DNA of 32,000 nt from Candidatus Hadarchaeota archaeon (GTDB lineage Archaea > Hadarchaeota > Hadarchaeia > Hadarchaeales > Hadarchaeaceae). The notes below the pieces were generated by a model that was not told the DNA's origin, ran no database searches, and was given only the letters and a program-made list of their open reading frames with translations. Where the stretch lies: assembly GCA_964514965.1 (NCBI GenBank), contig CAZETV010000001.1:270001-302000 (forward strand), given 5' to 3'. Of this stretch, positions 26,365 through 32,000 are shown one piece after another (position 1 is the first letter of the stretch; each line of letters opens with the position of its first letter). The translations under genes were made by a program, and so were the position numbers.

Positions 26365-27441
26365 ATGATTTCGAAACGAGTTAAAGAAATGCTGAGCTCG
26401 CAAATTTCTTATCCGTTTGCCCGAAAATATGCCATCGAGGCGGGAAATGCCATTAACCTCGCTTCCAACGAGAGCCCTTACGGCCCTTCGCCACGCGTAC
26501 TTCGAGCACTTGAAAAATCATCAACACGTATAGGGTCGTATCCAGACCCCCGAGCTTCAAAGCTTAAGCTGGCGATAAGTCGCTACATCGGCGTTGAGCG
26601 GGAATGTGTGGCGGTCGGAAATGGTTCAGATGAGATCTTCGATTTAATTTGTAAAGCTTTCGTCGACCCCGGGGATGAGGCATTAATCCCCCTGCCAACT
26701 TTCAGCATGTATGAAATCGCTTGTCGCACAAATGGCGGGAGACCAAAGTTTGTTGAATTACCAAATTTCGAATGGCGAACTGCAAAACTTGCACGCGAGA
26801 TGGGCGCCGTAAAATTGGCTTTCATAGGCAGGCCAAATAATCCTACTGGAAACAGCATGAGCATTCAAGGGTTAAATGAGCTGCTCAAGACAGGGAAGTT
26901 AATTGTTGTGGACGAGGCATACGTTGAGTTTGCTGGTTATTCTATATCGAAACAAGCCCCGAAAAAAGAAAATCTACTGGTGCTGCGGACGTTTTCTAAA
27001 GCGTTCGGACTCGCTGGCCTGCGCGTCGGGTACGCTGTAGGAAATTCAAAATTGATAGAAGTACTCGAGAAGATTCGTGCGCCCTTTAGCGTAAATACTA
27101 TAGCCCAAGCCTCGGCGATAGAGGCGCTACGCGATAGGCAATACCTACGTAAAGTAGTCACAGGGGTGCAGAAGGAGCGCGCTTATTTGTGCCGTGAGCT
27201 ATCAAATCTTGGGATGCGCGTGTTGCCATCTGATGCTAACTTCCTCATGGTTGATGTATCACCTTTGAGAACGGATGCATCTCGGATATGTGAATTTCTA
27301 GCTAAGCTTAACATCTTAATACGGGACCTCTCCAATTTTCGAGGGGTCGGAACGAAATGGGTTAGAATAACCGTTGGCACCCGACTTCAAAATGATAGAC
27401 TCATGCAAACGCTGAAAAAATTTAAAGGAGGGAGAAAATGA
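26365..27441 (+). CDS. hisC: Histidinol-phosphate aminotransferase
   Basis: 358 aa. Motifs LASNESPYGPSP, VDEAYVEF and the PLP-lysine region RTFSKAFGLAGLRVGY. First gene of the his operon; GAGGTG lies upstream. Confidence 0.9.
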   Translation: MISKRVKEMLSSQISYPFARKYAIEAGNAINLASNESPYGPSPRVLRALEKSSTRIGSYPDPRASKLKLAISRYIGVERECVAVGNGSDEIFDLICKAFVDPGDEALIPLPTFSMYEIACRTNGGRPKFVELPNFEWRTAKLAREMGAVKLAFIGRPNNPTGNSMSIQGLNELLKTGKLIVVDEAYVEFAGYSISKQAPKKENLLVLRTFSKAFGLAGLRVGYAVGNSKLIEVLEKIRAPFSVNTIAQASAIEALRDRQYLRKVVTGVQKERAYLCRELSNLGMRVLPSDANFLMVDVSPLRTDASRICEFLAKLNILIRDLSNFRGVGTKWVRITVGTRLQNDRLMQTLKKFKGGRK

Positions 27442-28298
27442 ATGTAAAAATTGCCGTGCCAAAAGGGCACTTAGAGGAAACGACGGTCAAATTACTCCAA
27501 GATGCTGGAATCGGGGTAATTGGTAGAGATGGACGTCAGCTCTTCGCTAAAACAAACGACCCCGAGATAGAACTAGTATTCGTGCGGGCTGAAGATATCC
27601 CAGATTTCGTTGCTAGAGAATCGACTGACCTTGGCATAACTGGCTACGACTTAGTGTGTGAAAGTGCCGATGATATTGTCGAATTGCTGGAGTTATCCTA
27701 TGGTTTCACTCGCATGGTAGTGGCAGCGAGTGAGAAAGCGGGCATCAAATCAGTGCGAGATATAAAAAAAGGAGCAAGAGTAGCAACTGAATTTCCAACG
27801 ATAACCAAACAGTATTTCGCAAAAAAGGGGATTAAGGTTGAACTCGTCGACGTTACGGGAGCTGCTGAAATATCACCATTAATCGGACTAGCGGATCTTA
27901 TCGTTGACGTGACGAGCACTGGCTCGACTCTGCGTGCGCACGGGCTGAAAATAATCGATACAATCCTAGAGAGTTCAGCGCGATTGATAGCTAACCGCCA
28001 AAGTTTGAAAAAGAAGAAAGCTAAAATCGACGACATTGTTACCGCAGTTAGTAGCGTAGTCAAGGCAAGAGGGAAGAAGTTGGTATTGATGAATATGCCT
28101 GAAAACAAGCTCGAAGAAATCAAAAAAGTGATGCCTGGAATGGCGGGCCCCACTGTCTCTCGTGTCGAAGCTGCAGAGGCGATGTTGGCAATTCAAGCTG
28201 TGGTTGATGAAGCTGAAGTCTACAATATCGTGAAGCGTGCCAAAAAAGCAGGGGCTAGGGACATTCTCGTCCTACCGATTGAAAGGGTGCTGCCGTGA
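27438..28298 (+). CDS. hisG: ATP phosphoribosyltransferase (long form with a C-terminal regulatory domain)
   Basis: 286 aa. Motifs KIAVPKGHLEE, DLGITGYDL and DVTSTGSTLRAHGLK. ATGA overlap with hisC. Confidence 0.9.
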   Translation: MNVKIAVPKGHLEETTVKLLQDAGIGVIGRDGRQLFAKTNDPEIELVFVRAEDIPDFVARESTDLGITGYDLVCESADDIVELLELSYGFTRMVVAASEKAGIKSVRDIKKGARVATEFPTITKQYFAKKGIKVELVDVTGAAEISPLIGLADLIVDVTSTGSTLRAHGLKIIDTILESSARLIANRQSLKKKKAKIDDIVTAVSSVVKARGKKLVLMNMPENKLEEIKKVMPGMAGPTVSRVEAAEAMLAIQAVVDEAEVYNIVKRAKKAGARDILVLPIERVLP

Positions 28299-28320
28299 AA
28301 ATTTATGGGGGTGTAAAAGG

Positions 28321-29031
28321 TTGCTCGTGATACCGAGCATTGACATTCGACAAGGGCGATGTGTGCAACTAGTTGGAGGCAGGCCGGAGACTGAGCGGAT
28401 ATACGACAATCCAGCTAAACAAGCGCAGCGGTGGGTTGCTGAGGGCGCAAGCTACTTACATGTGATCGATTTAGATGCGGCGATGGGTGTGGGTGATAAC
28501 TTCAAACATGTGGCTGAGGTGCTTGCGAACGTTCGTATTGGCATCCAAGTAGGGGGTGGAATTCGGACCCGCGAGCGCGCTTGCGAACTTCTGGGCATCG
28601 GTGCTAGCCGGGTGATTTTGGGCACCGCCGCGGTGAAGAACCCGGAATTGGTGCGAGAGCTCGTTGGGCTCGCGGGAGGTAGCCGGGTCATTGTGGCCCT
28701 AGACTCCCGCTCTGGCAAGGTGGCAATCGAAGGCTGGCAGGAACAGACAGAAAAATCAATGCTCGATCTAGCGCGAGAGTTCGAGCGCCTAGGAGTTGGT
28801 GGTTTCCTCTTCACGAATGTAGATGTTGAAGGAAGAATGACGGGCATTAATGTTCGAGCTATCCGCGAGCTCATAGGAACAGTCAAAATACCAGTGTTTG
28901 TAGCGGGTGGTGTGTCCTCGCTCGACGACGTGGTCCTAGCTAAAGATGCTGGTGCAGCAGGTTTGGTTGTCGGGATGGCATTATACGAGGGCAAGTTCAC
29001 GTTAAAGCAGGCGATGGAGGTAAGCAAATGA
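28321..29031 (+). CDS. hisA: ProFAR isomerase (1-(5-phosphoribosyl)-5-[(5-phosphoribosylamino)methylideneamino]imidazole-4-carboxamide isomerase)
   Basis: Motifs VIPSIDIRQGRCVQLVGG, HVIDLDAA, VGGGIR and VAGGVSSLDD. I placed the start at in-frame TTG 28321 (GTG 28327 is also possible) rather than the track start 28237, which overlaps hisG by 62 nt. Confidence 0.85.
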   Translation: MLVIPSIDIRQGRCVQLVGGRPETERIYDNPAKQAQRWVAEGASYLHVIDLDAAMGVGDNFKHVAEVLANVRIGIQVGGGIRTRERACELLGIGASRVILGTAAVKNPELVRELVGLAGGSRVIVALDSRSGKVAIEGWQEQTEKSMLDLAREFERLGVGGFLFTNVDVEGRMTGINVRAIRELIGTVKIPVFVAGGVSSLDDVVLAKDAGAAGLVVGMALYEGKFTLKQAMEVSK

Positions 29032-29603
29032 GAGCGAGCAAGGTCAGACGGAAAACGAAGGAGACGCAGATCGAGGTCGAGCTAAACCTCGATGGGTCTG
29101 GCAAAGCAAACGTGAATACAGAAATAAAATTTTTCAACCACTTACTCACGAGCTTTGCTAAACACGGCTGTTTCGACCTCAAACTTCGAGCACGAGGGGA
29201 TTTCAAGCACCACATTGCCGAAGATGCTATGATCGCTCTAGGCGAAGCCATAGAGCGGGCTCTCGATAAGAAGACATGCATTGAACGAATGGGAAATGCG
29301 ATAGTACCAATGGATGATGCTTTAGTGCTCGCTGCGGTCGACCTCAGCGGACGGGCTTTTCCAGACATCGAGGCTAAATTTGCGAAGCGGAGGCTGGACG
29401 ACTTAAACAGCGATATGGTCGAGCACATGCTCCAAGCACTTGCGACGAATGGAAAGTTTAATCTGCACGTGAAGGTTCTGCGCGGCAAGAACGACCACCA
29501 CAAAGCGGAGGCCATTTTCAAGGCGCTTGGAGTAGCGATAGCGAAAGCCGTGAGCAAGCGACCTCGCGCAAAAGGGGTACCAAGCACGAAGGGGGTCATC
29601 TAG
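29028..29603 (+). CDS. hisB: Imidazoleglycerol-phosphate dehydratase
   Basis: 191 aa. Motifs RKTKETQIEVELNLDGSG, FFNHLL, HHIAEDAMIALG and HHKAEAIFKALG. ATGA overlap with hisA. Confidence 0.9.
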   Translation: MRASKVRRKTKETQIEVELNLDGSGKANVNTEIKFFNHLLTSFAKHGCFDLKLRARGDFKHHIAEDAMIALGEAIERALDKKTCIERMGNAIVPMDDALVLAAVDLSGRAFPDIEAKFAKRRLDDLNSDMVEHMLQALATNGKFNLHVKVLRGKNDHHKAEAIFKALGVAIAKAVSKRPRAKGVPSTKGVI

Positions 29604-30358
29604 TGTACAAGAGTATCCTACCATGCCTCGACACAAGATGGGGTAAACTCGTCAAGGGTGTACACTTCAAAAACATAAAAGATGTGGGCGACCCCGCGGA
29701 GTTTGCAAAACGCTATGAGGAACAAGGCGCGGATGAGCTCGTTTTTCTAGACATCGCCGCGACTCCCGAAGGCAAACCAACGTTAATCGAAGCGGTTCGA
29801 AGGGTTGCTGAACAAATTTCGATTCCCTTAGTAGTGGGAGGAGGAATACGAAGCGTTGAAGATGCTAGGGCAATCTTGGACGCAGGCGCAAGCAAAGTAT
29901 CCATAAATACCGCCGCAGTCAGGGCTCCAAATCTCCTACAAAAACTTTCTCGAGAATTCGGAAAGGAAAGCGTAGTTAATGCAATCGATGGAAAATGCAT
30001 CGGAAAGGGAAAGTGGGAGGTTTACATTAGTGGCGGGACGAAACCGACAGGCATTGATATGATCGAGTGGGCAAAAAAAGTCGAGTCACTTGGCGCAGGC
30101 GAAATCCTTTACACGGGAATCAACACCGATGGCACGCGAGAGGGCTACGACCTTGATGGAACACGAGCGGTAGTCGAAGCTGTCAGCATACCGGTTATCG
30201 CTTCTGGCGGTGCGGGCAAACTTGAGGATATCTACAATGTATTAACCACCGCTCAAGCAGATGCCGCATTAGCCGCAAGCATCTTTCACTTCGGCGTCTA
30301 CACAGTCGAACAAGTCAAACGCTACCTGCGAGACCGTGGAGTAGCGGTAAGGATATAA
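29603..30358 (+). CDS. hisF: Imidazole glycerol phosphate synthase, cyclase subunit
   Basis: 251 aa. Motifs ILPCLDTRWGKLVKGVHF, GADELVFLDIAAT, VGGGIRS and ASGGAG. The GTG start overlaps the hisB TAG by 1 nt. Confidence 0.9.
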   Translation: MYKSILPCLDTRWGKLVKGVHFKNIKDVGDPAEFAKRYEEQGADELVFLDIAATPEGKPTLIEAVRRVAEQISIPLVVGGGIRSVEDARAILDAGASKVSINTAAVRAPNLLQKLSREFGKESVVNAIDGKCIGKGKWEVYISGGTKPTGIDMIEWAKKVESLGAGEILYTGINTDGTREGYDLDGTRAVVEAVSIPVIASGGAGKLEDIYNVLTTAQADAALAASIFHFGVYTVEQVKRYLRDRGVAVRI

Positions 30359-30366
30359 TCGAGGTT

Positions 30367-31668
30367 ATGATGATGTTGAAAATTGTTCGCCTTCAGGAAT
30401 GCTCGCGAGCGGGACGTAGGGAACTACTCAAGCGCTCTGAACTCGATGTCTCCTCAGTCATTCTTAAAGCGGCCAAAATCGTGACCGATGTGCGGGAGCG
30501 GGGCGACAAAGCTCTCATCGAATACACGAAGAACTTCGACGGTGCCAAACTTGGCCGAAAGCAACTCCCTGTTAGTAAGAAAGAGATAGATGCTGCTTAC
30601 AAGCAAGTCGATGCAAAAACAGTAAAGACGATTAAACGCGCTGCAGCGGAAATCGAAAAATTTCACCGCAAACAACTTCCACGTGAGTGGTCAACAAAGC
30701 TCCAGCCCGGAATTAGCGCCGGGCAACTCGTGCGCCCTTTGGCGAGAGTAGGCGTTTATATCCCTGGTGGGCTGGCGAGCTACCCCTCAAGCGCGCTCAT
30801 GGCTGCAATTCCGGCGCGAATTGCTGGGGTCGAGCAAATAATTGCATGCACACCGCCCAAGAAGGACGGTAGAGTTAACGCCGCCGTGCTAGTAGCTGCT
30901 GATGTGGCAGGTATCGATGCAGTTTTCAAGGTTGGAGGTGCTCAGGCGATAGCGGCGATGACATATGGCACTGCGACGGTCCCAAAGGTCGACAAGATAG
31001 TCGGGCCGGGCAACGTCTATGTAGTTGCGGCCAAACAAGTGGTCGCCCCAAATGTCGACGTAGATTTTGCCGCAGGCCCAAGCGAGGTTTTAATCATCGC
31101 GGATGCTTCAGCCAATCCAGCGTACATCGCGGCGGACATGTTGGCGCAGGCTGAACATGACCCAGCGGCGGCGGCGATGCTCGTAACGACATCTTTGGAA
31201 CTCACGTCAAAGGTTTTCGAGTCGCTTGAGAAAATGGTTGAAGAAAACCCGCGAGCAGAAATTATACAACAAGCACTCGGCAAGTACGGGCGAGCAGTAG
31301 TAACGGCCAATCTCCAGCAGGCGATAGAATTCGCGAACGACTATGCACCTGAACATCTTGAGCTAATGGTGAAGCGCCCAAAACAAATCTTGAATCGGTT
31401 AAAAAACGCGGGCGCAATTTTTATCGGACCTTACTCACCAGTAGCAGCGGGTGATTTTGCGGTGGGGCCCAATCATATCCTCCCCACGGGTAGTACAGCT
31501 CGCAGGCGTTCGGGCATTTCGGTTTTGGATTTCGTTCGGCTGCCCACAGTACAGGAACTCACGAAGCGTGGCTTGAAACGAGTCGCCGCAATTGTGGAAA
31601 GACTCGCAGAAGTGGAAGGTCTACCCGGGCATGCCCAAAGTATCAAAGAGAGGTTAAAGGAAGGGTGA
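30367..31668 (+). CDS. hisD: Histidinol dehydrogenase
   Basis: 433 aa. Motifs [45 protein letters not shown] and YAPEHL. Confidence 0.9.
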   Translation: MMMLKIVRLQECSRAGRRELLKRSELDVSSVILKAAKIVTDVRERGDKALIEYTKNFDGAKLGRKQLPVSKKEIDAAYKQVDAKTVKTIKRAAAEIEKFHRKQLPREWSTKLQPGISAGQLVRPLARVGVYIPGGLASYPSSALMAAIPARIAGVEQIIACTPPKKDGRVNAAVLVAADVAGIDAVFKVGGAQAIAAMTYGTATVPKVDKIVGPGNVYVVAAKQVVAPNVDVDFAAGPSEVLIIADASANPAYIAADMLAQAEHDPAAAAMLVTTSLELTSKVFESLEKMVEENPRAEIIQQALGKYGRAVVTANLQQAIEFANDYAPEHLELMVKRPKQILNRLKNAGAIFIGPYSPVAAGDFAVGPNHILPTGSTARRRSGISVLDFVRLPTVQELTKRGLKRVAAIVERLAEVEGLPGHAQSIKERLKEG

Positions 31669-31955
31669 AAATGGGAACCGAAATTTTGGATGAGGTTTTC
31701 AACGTGATCGAAGACCGTCGTGAAAAACCGAGACGGAGCTCCTACGTATCGGGCCTGCTAGCAAAGGGTGAGGCGGAGGTAATTGGTAAGTTTGAGGAAG
31801 AAGCTGATGAACTCAGCATCGCAGCGAAGGGTTGTGAAAAGGCGAATACAATACATGAGGCAGCCGATGTGATATTTCACCTGATTGTACTTCTAGCGGC
31901 GAAGGGCATTCGATTGGACGAAGTCATGGAAGAACTTAAGCGAAGGCGGCGGTGA
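31665..31955 (+). CDS. hisE: Phosphoribosyl-ATP pyrophosphatase
   Basis: 96 aa. SYVSGLLAKG...EEADELSIAAKG...HEAADVIFHLIVLLAAKGI is typical HisE/MazG-like. GTG 31665 overlaps the hisD TGA; ATG 31671 is an alternative start. Confidence 0.85.
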   Translation: MKMGTEILDEVFNVIEDRREKPRRSSYVSGLLAKGEAEVIGKFEEEADELSIAAKGCEKANTIHEAADVIFHLIVLLAAKGIRLDEVMEELKRRRR

Positions 31956-32000
31956 TCGTTTTGAAGGTAAATCCAGCTAGAGCGCGATCGATTGCAAAAA
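31952..32000 (+). CDS. Start of a further coupled ORF (unknown; truncated by the window end)
   Basis: GTG 31952 overlaps the hisE TGA (GTGA), and the frame stays open to the window end (MIVLKVNPARARSIAK...). This is too short to identify. Confidence 0.3.
   Translation, partial: MIVLKVNPARARSIAK

Noticed and set aside
28237-28320. Track start of hisA overlapping hisG by 62 nt
   Set aside because: The extension (MPKKQGLGTFSSYRLKGCCRENLWGCKR) is not HisA-like. Conserved HisA sequence begins at VIPSIDIRQG, right after in-frame TTG 28321 / GTG 28327.
28452-29599. Two long minus-strand ORFs (191 aa and 200 aa) antisense to hisA and hisB
   Set aside because: They are low-complexity Ser/Thr/Pro/Arg/Ala-rich shadow ORFs of the kind generated opposite GC-rich, well-conserved coding sequence. 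The plus-strand his genes carry unmistakable family motifs.

Overview
The window appears archaeal. Evidence: aEF-1beta preceded by the COG2888-type Zn-ribbon gene, a tRNA with an intron-like insertion, TATA-box/oligo-T signals, and a solute-binding protein anchored by a C-terminal TM helix. It has two parts.

(1) Positions 1-22848 form a compositionally patchy accessory-looking region. Hand counts of sample 60-nt lines range from 17/60 to 33/60 G+C. It is dominated by carbohydrate genes: GH4, GH1 beta-glucosidase, a five-gene Opp/Dpp-type ABC importer, a GHL6/GH42-like hydrolase, a GT-B glycosyltransferase, a GH42 beta-galactosidase and a fucose-isomerase-like protein. Interspersed are a frameshifted MFS gene, an orphan ribbon-helix-helix gene next to an array of six 9-mer repeats, and an IS6-like transposase broken by an in-frame TGA.

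(2) Positions 22849-32000 look like core genome at higher G+C: tRNA-Arg(GCG), Zn-ribbon plus aEF-1beta, a CDF transporter, a SufS-like cysteine desulfurase, an Lrp/AsnC regulator and a tightly coupled hisC-G-A-B-F-D-E operon.

The best candidate for an undescribed system is the three-gene cassette at 20244-22805, wedged between the sugar genes and the 3' end of the tRNA. It encodes an HhH/beta-sandwich protein, a small protein with a phage Mu-F/SPP1-gp7-type CxxC...HxNCxC motif, and a protein with a full tri-zinc phospholipase-C/P1-nuclease signature.

All calls rest on reading the translations and the DNA by eye; no database search was possible.
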